A DNA stretch of 63,958 nucleotides, the filler included, from Reticulomyxa filosa (lineage: Eukaryota > Protista > Foraminifera), in the NCBI GenBank assembly GCA_000512085.1. It is 18 parts of 18 records of this genome, joined end to end, with 100 filler letters (N's around TTAATTAATTAA, not from the genome) between each part and the next. Parts side by side here need not be neighbours in the genome. Positions count along the whole stretch, not along the records: positions 45,574 to 49,749 come from ASPP01019455.1; positions 49,850 to 51,253 come from ASPP01005043.1; positions 51,354 to 53,468 come from ASPP01018905.1; positions 53,569 to 54,588 come from ASPP01032755.1; positions 54,689 to 62,150 come from ASPP01013753.1; positions 62,251 to 63,958 come from ASPP01016663.1; 12 more parts are not named here. One strand, 5' to 3'. Position 1 is the first letter of the stretch. Every line of letters begins with the position of its first letter. Of the stretch, positions 49,717-62,299 are shown one piece after another. Made by a program: the position numbers and the translations under genes. The notes beneath the pieces are model-generated. The model saw nothing but the letters and a program-made list of their open reading frames with translations, did no database searches and was not told where the DNA came from.

Positions 49717-49749
49717 AAGAAGTGTCACTCATGTAAAATGGAAATGGTA
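49717..49749. mobile_element. MITE family B, copy 3 (left TIR, truncated by contig end)
   Basis: aagaagtgtcactcatgtaaaatggaaatggta. Confidence 0.6.
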
Positions 49750-49865
49750 NNNNNNNNNNNNNNNNNNNNNNNNNNNNNNNNNNNNNNNNNNNNTTAATTA
49801 ATTAANNNNNNNNNNNNNNNNNNNNNNNNNNNNNNNNNNNNNNNNNNNNTGGGAAGGGATCTCAC

Positions 49866-50362
49866 CTGTCGTAAAGTTTGCGCTTTGTCTGGGTCATTGA
49901 GGACTTCATAGGCTTCTTGTAACTCTTGAAATAAAGCCTTTTTTGTTTAGTAATAGTTTGGTTTGGCTTTTTTTTTTTAAAAAAAAGGGAAGTTCAAAGG
50001 GTACTCCAGACAGATAGAGTTTTTTTTTTTTTTTTTTGAAGGAACTTGATATTTCTCCTTTTCGTCAGGGTGTTTGTCTGGATGCAGTTGCAACGCTTTT
50101 TTACGATATGCCTTGGTTATTTCTTGTTGTGTCGCATTTTTTTGGACTCCGATTAGTTCATAATATTTTGTACTGTTCGTTGAAGCGCTCCCCTATCAAA
50201 TTATCCCCCCCCACGTTCGTTCATTAACAATCTTACCAAAAAAAAAAGTTCACGCCAAAACCGAAAAGCAAAACTCTAAAACAAGAAGACAACCTCGTCA
50301 CTCATATTTGCATCTTCAGCCTCTCCAAATCCACCCATGCCCGGGAACCCATTGAAAAACAT
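49866..50362 (-). CDS. DNAJA: DnaJ/Hsp40 (probably type I, DnaJA/Ydj1-like) N-terminal J-domain (partial, multi-exon)
   Basis: [12 protein letters not shown]; [33 protein letters not shown]; [16 protein letters not shown](RKLYD after removing one extra A). Confidence 0.9.
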
Positions 50363-50964
50363 GTTTTCTCTTATGTGAAGGAATCCTTACGACACTTAAT
50401 TGCAAAATAAGGTCACCCCCCACACTTGTTAAAACTTTTTGAGAAAACTCGAAACATTTTTTTTTTGCGCATAAGTGTATTAGAATAAAATCAAGGTCTT
50501 TGTAAATACTCTGGAACTCTGACTTTTTATAGCATTTTTAATTGCGCTGTATTTTTTATAAAGATTTATGTGGAGTAAATAAAACGTTTGTAAATCTCAT
50601 ATATTTTCTCTAGATTGATGTAATTGATTATTTTGGAAAAAATTGCAAAGTGAAGCAAATAGTCTACTTAATGTATATGCCGTGGATATAAACACAAATT
50701 GATTTGACTATTTTTGTATCATCAGTCAGTTGTGTATATAGCTTACACTTTCGAACACCGATCCGGTATCAGCACATAGAGCTGACTCACTTTTCCTTTG
50801 TTCTTGCACATTGCAAAACTAAAAGCGTAAAAATACCAAGTATGAAAAGATGATTGTATGTTGAATGCTAACATTTTTTCTGATGTTTATCTCAAGCATC
50901 GAAAGCGTAAGTTTTGTTAAAGAACCTTCCCCGGTGAGCTGAATAAAAACAAAAGATAAATTTG

Positions 50965-51253
50965 ATGTCAAGCCCTGCATTTGACTACTCTAAACTTGCC
51001 TCTCTAACTTTGGATGATACATCAGGGAAAGATCCTCTAGAATGTGGAACAAGTTCTCCATGTTCCCAGAAGCGAAACTTGTCAGAACTGAACGCATCCG
51101 GCGACGTTCCGGTTCCCCCATCGAAAAGGTACAAATTTATATATGACTACCCAGGATATCCAAATCTTCCACCAATGGTGATGGGTTTTTCATCCGATGA
51201 AGAAGAAGAAGAAGAAGAAGAAAAAGAAGAAGGAAGAGGAGAAGAGAAAGGGC
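50965..51253 (+). CDS. Hypothetical protein N-terminus, divergent from DnaJ (partial)
   Basis: Open from ATG to contig end; NLS-like PPSKRYK and an acidic tract. Confidence 0.5.
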
Positions 51254-52169
51254 NNNNNNNNNNNNNNNNNNNNNNNNNNNNNNNNNNNNNNNNNNNNTTA
51301 ATTAATTAANNNNNNNNNNNNNNNNNNNNNNNNNNNNNNNNNNNNNNNNNNNNAATAATGAATGAAGATAATGTTTAATATTGAAAAAATGAATTTCAAC
51401 AATGTAGTTGTAATTTTACAAAATTCTCTCCTGTGAAATTAATATCACATATATGTTCACATTTTGTAATAAATTTGTTAAATTTATCAATTGATACAAT
51501 TATTTAAACAAGACAAATGATGCATGTTGTGAATATTTCTTTCGACAATTCATGAAATCTTTACATTCGATTTTTACGTAAAAGATATGAATGTAAATAT
51601 TGAAGCATTAATTTTATTTAATTATAATTTCTTTTGAAACATTGAAATAAAAAGACAGCTGTATAATCAGTTCCATGTTTTGTGTAAAGGTAATTATTGT
51701 ATTAATTAAACTTTTGAAAAGTTTTAAAGAAGTAAATTTGAACAACACAATAGTGCTCGTTACCTGTTGCAAATTAAACAAATGAAATGGTAATTGTCTT
51801 CATGATAGATTATATATAAATTAAAAATGAAAATTATAAAGTATGATGTTGCAAATGGTAAATTATTATAATTACTCTTAAAAATGCAACTAAATCGAGA
51901 GCATGTAATGGCAAAGAGAGTATGAAATATTTGTGTTGTAGTGATAATAATAAATCATTTTTTCCTCCTTGTAAGAATAGTAAAGAATGTTATTTGCGTT
52001 GCTCTTCCTGTGGCAGGTTTCTATTTTGGGGAAAAGTGCAGCACTATGTAATTATGCTGTTGTGTTTGGGTAAGTGAAAGAGGTGCTCGAAACTTACAAG
52101 CAAGCTTATAGTATACTTTGTGAGTGTTTGTATTAAGGAGAAGGGATTGTTTAAAAAAAAAAAAGAGAA

Positions 52170-53450
52170 TCTGTGGCCACGAACCGATGTATGAGTCGAA
52201 TACTTCCGTTGCGTTCAAACATTTACCAACTATCGTGGAGGGCTACTTGTTTAAACAATAGAAAGGCGGAACTTCAGTACTTTTCCAATTGGAATTGTAG
52301 TGGATCGCCATGGAACAACACTCAGTTTGAGGCATTATTTTTTTCGCTTGTAGTTAAGGAAAACTTTTTTAAAAAAAAAAAGATTGAAAATGCCCGTTGC
52401 AATGGAACAGAAGACTACTATGTATCAAGAACAACCTATTTTGACGATAATTATTTTTCTGCCAATGTGCCTTGTGGAATGAACAGTCTGTACTATACGT
52501 ATGATGTGTTGTCCGCTAATGGCGAATGTCTTGTCGATGAAGAGTTCATTTTTTTTTTTACGTATATATAAAGACGCAAAAGCAAGACCTTTATATATAT
52601 GTATATGTCCATATAATGATGAATCAAGGTATAATCAAACTCGGAAATGGAATTGCGAAAACAATGCGCTGGTAGCAGCAAGGTATATTGTATAGTATAT
52701 TGTTGTCAAAAACTTGCACATCCTCTTTTTTTTTGCAAAGGACAAAATGATAAAAGTCTATGCTTTTGTGTATGTACGACCAGCTATAAAGACAAAATCT
52801 GCAAAAAAGTAAAGCTACCAGGAATATATTATAGCGACAAGTGCAAGCAAGGAAAGGCTAAGACGATGTTCACAATCAACTGCAATGCTACAAACGAACC
52901 ATTACTGCCCTGCTATCGTCAGAACAATGCTTCTTCTTGTGCTTACGCTTTATGGTTTGCTATATCTTTTTTTTTGTTTGTTTCATTTGCTTTCAATTTT
53001 ATTTATTTATTTTTTTTAAAAAAAAGGGACAATAAATCAATTGCACCGAATGAATGCATGACGGAAAGTCGCAGTTCGTCGATGATGTTTAAATGCAGCG
53101 ATGATAACAGTAGTGTCAATCGACTGATATTTGCAACACCAAGTTTATGTTGTTGTTTTTTTTTTTTTAAGAAAACAAAAATGTAAGAATTATTTTTTTT
53201 CCAAAAAAAAAAAAAAAAGATTGCACGGGTCCAAATACCTCGTATGCACACGAAGACTACTTCAATTGTGCAGGGAAAAAGTCATGCTTTTCAGAGTATG
53301 TGACATATGAAAATCCTCAACCCAACGATTCCACGTGTTCACAATCAACCAATATACCCATCTCACGCTGGGTTTATGCCACGTGTGTCACTGACTTGTC
53401 CGGATCTGTCAAAACCACTTGCGGAGATAATACCATCTCACTCAACAAGT
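52170..53450 (+). CDS. Cysteine-rich repeat extracellular protein (multi-exon, partial)
   Basis: Repeated Y..x.C.G / C motifs (QYFSNWNCSGSP, YYSDKCKQG, IFATPNCTGP, YFNCAGKKSC) and many NxS/T sites, split by short introns. Confidence 0.55.
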
Positions 53451-53569
53451 TGCGTAAAAAAAAAAAAANNNNNNNNNNNNNNNNNNNNNNNNNNNNNNNN
53501 NNNNNNNNNNNNTTAATTAATTAANNNNNNNNNNNNNNNNNNNNNNNNNNNNNNNNNNNNNNNNNNNNA

Positions 53570-54588
53570 CGTTGAGGACGTGCACAAAGTGACGCTGTTT
53601 ATAGCGGAGACGCCAAGTGAGAATCAAGTCGAGTTTGAGTTATATCTCATGTCACTGGGACGACGTAAGACGCAGCGGGAAGAGTTTCGGTTACGATATT
53701 TCGACAGTGCAGGGAAAAACGCTTCGCGACACAGCAAACCGAGTGTAATTCGAAGTGGGTATTAAACACAAAGCGAGCAAAAAAGGATGCAAGCTTCGTC
53801 AAGTGTTTTTTTTAAAAAAATTTTTAAAATTTTGATGACAATGCAAAGTTTTTTTTTTACGTTTTTATAAAAAAAAATGTTTTGTGTTTTTTTTAAATGG
53901 GATTGTGTATATACAGACAAAAAAGCAATTGATCCAAGCAAAGTCGTGCAAAGTTTTTATGGCAATGAATACTTTAATTTCCATGACGCGTCTTGTAGCG
54001 ATGCACTGTTTACAATTCGACTGGACCAGTTGGCATTGGCATTGAAAAAGAAGACGCCAATGTCCAAAGACAAGCTGTTGACATGTGTGAATTGGAAAAG
54101 ACAATGGGCTCGTGGAAACACTTTCACATGTTGCTTGTGAATCGATATCCCATTGGCAACTACAGCATGATATTGGTACCCGACTTTTGGGAAAATGAGC
54201 AACAAGTGATGACCTTCCGGTTGCTGTCGTTAGGTTTCCAGTTCTTGTCCTTGTTCCCTGTCAATGGAAGAAGTGAGTCGCAAGCATCTTTCAAGCTTGG
54301 CTTCAACTCGTTGGGCGCATTTGTGTCGGCAACCAATTTCATTATCAATTGTGGAGATACGCAAATGCGCTTCTGCCCATCGAACAAGCGCAAACACAAA
54401 GCATCGTTCAAAGCTTCCAAAATGTGAACATTTTTGAAATGGTGGGACCCCTTTTCCCTTTTCACGCATTGTTGTATGAACTCAATCTTGTTGAGAATGA
54501 TGTGCAACAACAACTTTATTGGACTGATGTCTTGAACTTGAGCAAAATGATCTTTTATTACATTGATTACTTGCAGTCGGCCAATATC
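53570..54588 (+). CDS. GDP-D-glucose/GDP-L-galactose phosphorylase family (GDPGP1/VTC2-like), partial, two frameshifts
   Basis: FNF motif, LLVNRYPIGNYSMILVP...Q, LGFNSLGAFVS followed after a 1-nt shift by NQFHYQ (family motif GFNSLGAFASVNHLHFQ), then LPIE. Confidence 0.75.
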
Positions 54589-54721
54589 NNNNNNNNNNNN
54601 NNNNNNNNNNNNNNNNNNNNNNNNNNNNNNNNTTAATTAATTAANNNNNNNNNNNNNNNNNNNNNNNNNNNNNNNNNNNNNNNNNNNNTTTTTTTTTGGA
54701 ATATAACAGAGCAGTATCAAT

Positions 54722-57700
54722 TTGTTATGTGACTTTGTGGAAAAAGAAATGGGATTGCTTTCGGACGAGGAGTTGAAAAATGAAAAGGTAAACTTGAAGC
54801 GCATCCAAACGGAGTTGCGATCGTATCGCGAGGCGATCCGAAGTTTGTCGATAACATTGAATCGTACATTGGATGCATTGAATCAAGAGATAATATCAGC
54901 GTATGGAAGTGGAATGGGTGTAATGGAAAAAAGGAAGCCCGCAGGGGCTGTTTCCTCCTCCTCGTCAATGGCAGCAATCCCTGAGATAGCGCTCGAGACA
55001 AAGAAGAGAGCGTCAGTGACACGAGAGCCACCACGACGAGCCGCGTCGACCACAGACTTTAAGTTGACCAAAACGAAGAGCTTCACACTCGGACGCAGAG
55101 AGTTGCCCGACCCGAGCATGGGCGCAGGACGAGGACGAGGACGTGGCACAGGAGGCGTAGGGACGACGAGCGGCGTCGGCGGCGCCAAACAAGGATTCCG
55201 TCTGAGCGTGTCGGCAGTGCCAGGCAAGAGCAGCGCGTCGAATGACAAGAATCCACATTTGAGCTTGGAACTGCTTCGCGAAAGAGATCGTCCGTCGGGC
55301 GACCGCGACTCGGAGAGCGTGTGTTCGGAGGACAAGGAGTGGCGCATGAGCATGAGTGATTATAGCAGTGTGCCGGGGTCGCCCATTGGTAGTATTGCGA
55401 GTGCAATGACGACCAACACGGCCGAAAAGGGCTTCAAAAAAAAGTATGAGGCGTTGAAGGAAGATATGAAAACCAAAGACGTGATGATTCGCAATTTGAA
55501 GAGTGAGAACAAAAAGTATCGCGAAGAGAAGATGGCGGCGGTCAACGAACTCAAAATGTTGCATGGCAAACTGGACGTTGGCGACGCGAGCAAGAAAAAA
55601 AAGAAACCCGGTGCCATGACTGCACTGAATGAAAACGAACCGCAAATGACAGAAGAGGAAATGTATACCATGCTGCAACGCTTGAAAAAGGAAAACAAAG
55701 AGTTACGAAAGTCGCGCAACACTTTGCAAAGCGATCATTTATTGCTTGGCAAAGTCGAAAGCAAGTTGAGATACAAAATGGAAATTTTGATGAAAAAGTT
55801 GAGTCACATGCAAGCCGATTTGCCGCCCACCATTCAAAAGAAACTCGCCCCTGTGACCAATGGGTCGAGCAATCTTGAAGAAACCTTTGATGCACTCGTC
55901 GAACATCTCACTTGGCTCAGCGATCGCTACATAGCATTGGAAAATGAACTCAAGTCTAAAAACGAAAGCAGTGGTGTCCGACAACTATGTCAAGATTTGA
56001 AACAGTTTGCGTTGGAAAATGAACTCATTCGAAAGCCATTGAAAGATGATGATTGGATGCCAAGCGAGTCCGCTAATGCCAATAATCAATCGTGGCAAAC
56101 TTTGTTCAAACATATGAGTGCCACGCTACAACACGACAAGGAAGCACGCAAAGAAGGCATGGAATGGGTCCGCTCAAACACTACCATTAGCTATTCCGGT
56201 AGTTCCAACAACAACAGCAGTAGCGACGCTTTTGTTGATTGCTTCAAGAGCGCGGTGAAGACGCTGCAGAATGACCAGGCCAAACTGCAATCGATAAACG
56301 CACGAATGGAAAAGGAACAACAGAAATTGGAATCGGATCTAAAAGAACTCCGCAATTCCTTATCAAAGGAAGGCGAGACGAAACACGAGTTTGCCACGCA
56401 AATCCAAAAAATCAAAAAAGAGGAAGAAAAAGCGAAACAAGAGTTTGAAACGCAAATACAACAAATCAAAAAAGAAAAAGAAGAGGTGAAACAAGAGTTT
56501 GAAATGCAAGTCCAAAAGATCAAAAAAGAAGAAGAAGGAGTGAAACAAGAGTTTGAAATGCAGATTCAAAAGATCAAAAAAGAAAACGAGGAAGTGAAAC
56601 ACGAGTTTGAGACGCAAGTGCAACAAATCAAAAAAGAGAAAGAAGAGGAGAAACACGAGTTTGAAACGCAAATTCAAAAGATCAAAAAAGAGGAAGAAGG
56701 AGTGAAACAAGAATTTGAAATGCAGATTCAAAAAATCAAAAAAGAGAAAGAAGAAGTGAAGCAAGAGTTTGAAATGCAAATCCAAAAGATTAAAAAGAGA
56801 AGAAGGAGTGAAACAAGAGTTTGAAACGCAAATTCAAAAGATTAAAAAAGAGAAAGAGGAAGTGAAGCAAGAGTTTGAAACGCAAGTCCAAAAGATTAAA
56901 AAGAGGAGGAAAAAGTGAAGCAAGAGTTTGAAACGCAAGTGCAGCAAATGAAAAAAGAGAAAGAAGAGGCGAAGCATGAGTTTGAGACGCAAGTGCAACA
57001 AATCAAAAAAGACCATCAAACACAAGTCAATCAAATGGAGTCACAGATGACCACATTGCGACGAGAGCAGCAAGAGGTGGCAGACACATTGACACAAACC
57101 AAAGAACAGCTCGAACTGACCAATTCCAAGACAGCACTTATTGTCAAAGAGCATGAAGTCGCAGTGCAGAACTTGCGTGGAGAAGGCGACAAATTGAAGA
57201 GTGAAATCGCCAACATGACCGCGGAGAATGCCAAGTTCAAAGACGAAATCAAAATGATGGGAAAAGAGAAGGAAAGCATGGAGGAGACGCTGCGAAGTTT
57301 GACAGTGGAAAGAGAAGAGTTGAAAGAAGAGCTGCTATTGTTGCGACAAGAAAGGGAAGAGTTGAAACAGGAATTGGGCAAAGCGGCTATGATTCATACC
57401 ACTTCGATTGCAGTTCAAACCGATCCAATGGACTTGAATGGAATGATTCAGGAAGAATTTGTCAATCAACTGAAATGCTTGACGGAAGAAAACGCAGAGT
57501 TGTTGAACGAAATCAATCGATTGGTCCAAGAAAAGTCACGCTTGAACGAGTGCAATGAGTCTCACAAAGGAGAAGTTCTTTGCATGGTTACTTCTCCAAA
57601 CGATTACTTGGCGTGCACTGGAGGTATCGATTACACGGTGCGATTGTGGAAAGCCAGTACGTCGAGTGTTTCCAACGGGTCACCTTCATTCGAGCCTATT

Positions 57701-58380
57701 GCCAGTGCCCTCGTCGAAGGCAAGATCTTGTCATTAGCAATCACGCGCGACGGCCGAAGGATTGCTTGTGGCTGTTCTGTCCGTGACACACCCAACGGTT
57801 ACGTGGTTGTGTGGGACATTGCCAGTCGAGAGGTGATGTGCAACTTGAGAAGTCGTCCGACCCAACGATTTGGTAAAGTGTCTGCCATCGCCTTTGGAAA
57901 TGACGCATGGATTTTTGCTGGAGACATTACAGGACAAATTTACGTATACGATGTAGCCACACAACAGCAATTGGCACACATTCATGGACACACAGACGTC
58001 ATCCACCAACTGCGAGTCTTGCCCAACAATATTATGATCAGTGTGTCGCATGATCAATGGCTCGGACAATTTGACTTGAATCAGTTGAATTCGATTTTGA
58101 TGGTCCCGGCACTCAAGTCGGCCAACAGTGGTATCAATGTCAAAAAACCTCGCACTCTCGAAAGCAAGAGAACTTCAGTTTCTTCTGTGAATACGAAAGC
58201 TACAGACAAAACTGCTGCCAAAAATGCCGCCACTTCCTACACTGATATCAAACATTTCCAAATCGAGTACTTGTTCAAAGACGAAAAGTACCCATTACTT
58301 ACTACCGACTATTTCGATCCCAAACATATTATCACTGGCTCTCGTAAACTCATCTTGGTTCCTTTACTACAAAAACAGAC

Positions 58381-58411
<31 letters not shown>

Positions 58412-58711
58412 GACGACGAAAAAACCAACTCCAAAGGAAAGGAAACCAACACTGAATCTTTCGGAACTGACAAAGATCTGGACACCATTCATCACTTGTC
58501 TGCATACCACAACAAATATATTATGGTTCACAGAAATAAACTGGACTATGTCAAAGTCTTCAATGTTGATGGCTCCCTCGTTTGCAAATGCGATGTCAAG
58601 CAAAACAACATTGCTGCCATTGGTTATTCCCATGATGGTAAATTTGCAATTGTTTGCTTATCAAATAAATCTTCTGCTATTGGCGCGTTGCCTACTTTTC
58701 CCATTTCCTAA
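54722..58711 (+). CDS. Long coiled-coil + C-terminal WD40 protein (5' partial; one gene split by compensating -2/-1 indels)
   Basis: ORFs 54722-56824 and 56915-58711 are in the same frame. WD40 segments: HKGEVLCM..LACTGGIDYTVRLW, VVVWD, HGHTDVIHQL..ISVSHDQWL. Confidence 0.85.
56381..57010 (+). repeat. 54-bp (18-aa) tandem repeat, 12 copies, K(Q/H)EFE(T/M)Q(I/V)Q(K/Q)IKKE(K/E)EE(V/A)
   Basis: Units start at 56381, 56435, 56489, 56543, 56597, 56651, 56705, 56759, 56811, 56865, 56918 and 56972. Confidence 0.95.
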
Positions 58712-59536
58712 GATTTGATTTTTTTTGTGTGACCATGAAGCCTTTTTTTTTTTTTTGCTCCTTTTTTTTCTCGTTTTTTTTTGATCTTGTAGTTTCTTTT
58801 TTATTCTCTCCTTTTTTTTGTTTGTTGGAGCTTATGGTGGGTTTGTTTCATGGATGGTCATTGTTTTGGGGGGTGGGAGGGGAGAATTTTTCATCAAGTG
58901 ATTTGTGGAAACACAATAACACTTGATTTTCTGCCCAAAACAATGAAATGTTGTTGCATTTTTGGTGAATGTATCTTTTGGGATGGTCCACAAGTATCAA
59001 ACCAAAGTGTCTGGCGAATAAAAAAAATATTTCCTTTTTTTTTTTGTATTTTGTGTTCAACTCTTCACATATTCACACCTGGACAAATATTGTTAATCAA
59101 ATCTCCACTTCACTAACTTTATCTTCAACGCATCTTTTTTTGTTAAAGTCATCATCTTATTCCCGATTGAAGTTTTAAAAACTTTTTTAGTTTTTGCAGC
59201 TTAATTTTGTATTGTACCCTTTCAAGTTTTTGTTGGACTTATTTGTTTCAAATTTAATACATTCCAATTAGCTACTTTTCGGTCAATCTTTCATTTTTTT
59301 TATTGCAGAAAGTTGAAAACAAGTTTTAGAAAAGAACGCCTATCAATAGCAATATTGACATCTGTTGTGACTGAATATTCAGAATAGTAATCTAAAAGAT
59401 AGTGAACTAGAGATTACCTAAGTTTTAGTTTAACAAGGTGGTCACACACACGTTCATAATCAGGATTTTTTTTTTTGTGGCTTTCGTACATATAATTTTG
59501 TTTTGTGCCTCTTCCGTTGCTTCAATTTGTTTAACA

Positions 59537-60430
59537 ATGACACGCCTGCCAAGTTATGGGCTGGATGAAGCAGGGACAAGATATGAAGATTCAGAAGAAT
59601 ATTGGTCTTTGGTAGACGAAAGAGAGTGGTACAAAAAGAACCGAGAGTATTGGGACTCAAAAGAATGCAACATGAACGACATGATGGGTGGATTTCAAGA
59701 TTTGTGTCACAAGGCAGATATTTCAACAAGTCTTGACATACTAAAGCAGTACTTCCCAGTCAAAGATGATAAAAAGCCGCGAAAGCAATTATTGCGAGCA
59801 TTGGATTGCGGGTTAAGTCAAAAACTTTAAAATGAATAAACGAACGATAAATAAATAAGCAAATAGATAAATGAAAAAAAAATGAAATCGATTAAAAAAC
59901 AATTCAATTTGTCAATATGCTTAAATAGTGCTGGAATTGGAAGAGTAACCGAATATGTGTTATCCACAACATTTGATTGCATTGATAGCTTAGAATTAAA
60001 CAAACAATTCTGTGAGACCTATCGAAAAAAATTTCAAAATGAAAAGTTTTTTGGCCAGGTTTTTAATAACTCATTGCATGAATTTGAATTCACTGGCAAA
60101 GAAAAGTACCACTGCATGTGGTTTCAATATGTGTTAGAGCATTTGACAGATACTGATCTGATCGCTTTTTTAAAAAAATGCAAGAAAAATCTTGCACGGA
60201 AAAGTTCTAAAAATGACGACAGCCAAACTGGTTATCTCATAATCAAAGAAAACACCATCTTGAAACACAAGAAGTCCTTTCTGGCTGATAAGAAAGATAG
60301 CTCCATGATCCGACACAAGCGAGTTTTGGACGAGATTTTTGAAAAATGTGGTTTTGAAATTGTCCAGTCTTTTCAACAACCCCATTTTCCAGAGGAATTT
60401 CATCCCACTTATATTTGGATTCTCTCATAA
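59537..60430 (+). CDS. NTMT1: Alpha-N-terminal protein methyltransferase (NTMT1/Tae1); intron 59812-59928
   Basis: WY...YW...MMGGF, spliced ALDCGAGIGRVT, WFQYVLEHLTD, IIKEN, DKKDSS and FPEEFHP. Confidence 0.95.
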
Positions 60431-60792
60431 CAATTGAAACTTTTTTCAATACTTGTTTTTTTTTTTTTTTTTTGTTAAGTCTAACACTCACCTTCTTTTT
60501 TTCAAATTTCAACTTATCTTTGTCATTTCTTTCGATCCGAGATTATTTCTCATTCTTCACGTAATATTTCTTTCCCAATACATAATAAAACATTTTCTGA
60601 ATTAAATGCGGTTAAGTTCAAGATTTTGGACAGTGAACAAGAAATAGGACTATTGTTGCAGTGAAATTTCATTTTAAGAACCTGTTTTAAACGGCAAAGT
60701 TGTGTGTTGTTTTTTTTTTTGGCAAAAAAGGTGCTCCCACTTAAAATTCTGCTTATAATTTTTTAAAATAGTATTTGCTAATAATCTAAGTG

Positions 60793-62100
60793 ATGTCACA
60801 ACTGACTGTAGCGAAGCGCTATGATCTTCTCTCATCGCAAAAAGGTCATAAAAGAAAGAAAATGTGTTGACTCTGTTTTTTTTGAAAAAAGTATTTTGAG
60901 TAAAAAAAAGTCATAAAAAAAAAACACAAAAGAGCAGCTGAAATGCATGTTTTACTTACAATGTGATGTCGGAGTGATGAACCAAATGGGAAAGAACCTG
61001 TCAGGATTGGCATCATTGGACGATCAAATAAACGAAAATCCATGGAAGATAATGATATTTGACAAGCCTTGTCAGGAGATAATTGCCCCATTATTCAGCG
61101 TTCAAAGCTTACAAAAAATGGGGATTACTTTGCATTTGTAAGTTTACGATAGATCTTTCCACACACACACAAACAAATATGCATATGCGTATAATCATAT
61201 GAAATTGGGGGGGGGTGGGGGGTGGGGTGTGGGATGGATGGGTGAAACAAAGGTTAATAAATTCATCGAGACAAAAGGTCCCAAATGTGCCAGCAATATA
61301 CTTTATCGAGCCAACGCAGGAAAACATCAACCAAGTGGTGAGAGATGTGACCTCGGGATTATATGATAGGGTGTATTTAAACTTTAGTTCCGGAATTGAA
61401 AGAACGGCTTTGGAGTATTTGGTGAACCAATTAATTCCTACTCACTCGTATACTCGCATTGCCAAAGTTGTGTGTTAATTGTGTATAAATGTAATATGAT
61501 GTATACGTTATATATATATATATATAAGTACATGCGAATATGCGTAGTGTTCTATTTATTTGCACAACACCAGATGTACGATCAATACGTAAACTTTATA
61601 TCGCTGTCGCCCAATCTGTTTTCGTTCAATATCAAAAACTGTTATTTGGAATTACATAACCCCAAACAAACAGATGAAAAATTGAACGAGCTAACGGACC
61701 GCATTGTCAATCAATTGTTTTGCGTGCTTGTGACGCTGCAAAAGATTCCAATCATTCGAGCATTGCGAAACGGCCCGGCGGAAATCATTGCGATGAAACT
61801 GTCCATTAAACTGTGCAATCACTTGCAAAGTCGCAACAACTTGTTTTCACAATCGGGCGTGGCCGCATTCCAAAATCGGCCTTTGTTGTTGCTATTCGAC
61901 CGCTCCTTCGATTTCGCGCAGCCTTTGCATCATTCCCCCATTTACCAATCCATGTTGCAAGACTTGTTGGGACTGACCAACAATCAGTTGATGATCGCAA
62001 ATCCAGAAAATCCTTCAGAAAAGAAATTGATCATGTTGGATTGTGAGTTGGACGACTTTTGGAAAGAAAATGCATTAAAGCCTTTTCCAACTGTTCATGG
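60793..62100 (+). CDS. SLY1: Sec1/Munc18 family protein Sly1 (SCFD1), 5' part, multi-exon
   Basis: WKIMIFD..QEIIAPLFSV..L..MGITLHL, VPAIYFIEPTQENI, LYDRVYLNF, MYDQYVNFISL, RPLLLLFDRSFD..PLHH and DDFWKEN..PFPTV. Confidence 0.95.
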
Positions 62101-62116
62101 TACGACTCATAAATAC

Positions 62117-62150
<34 letters not shown>

Positions 62151-62299
62151 NNNNNNNNNNNNNNNNNNNNNNNNNNNNNNNNNNNNNNNNNNNNTTAATT
62201 AATTAANNNNNNNNNNNNNNNNNNNNNNNNNNNNNNNNNNNNNNNNNNNNTTTTTTTTTTCAAAGTCGCCGAAGGAATCGAAGTCCAACAGCTTCGGAG

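Noticed and set aside
50430-50525. Heat-shock elements upstream of DnaJ
   Set aside because: Only degenerate nGAAn units; no clean triple inverted array.
56790-56915. Programmed frameshifting in the coiled-coil gene (also DnaJ at ~49884)
   Set aside because: The indels fall in or beside A-runs and here compensate (-2, -1), so sequencing or assembly error is the simpler explanation.
56381-57010. Regularly spaced repeats resembling a CRISPR array
   Set aside because: The units are head-to-tail 54-bp coding repeats with no unique spacers, and there are no cas genes.
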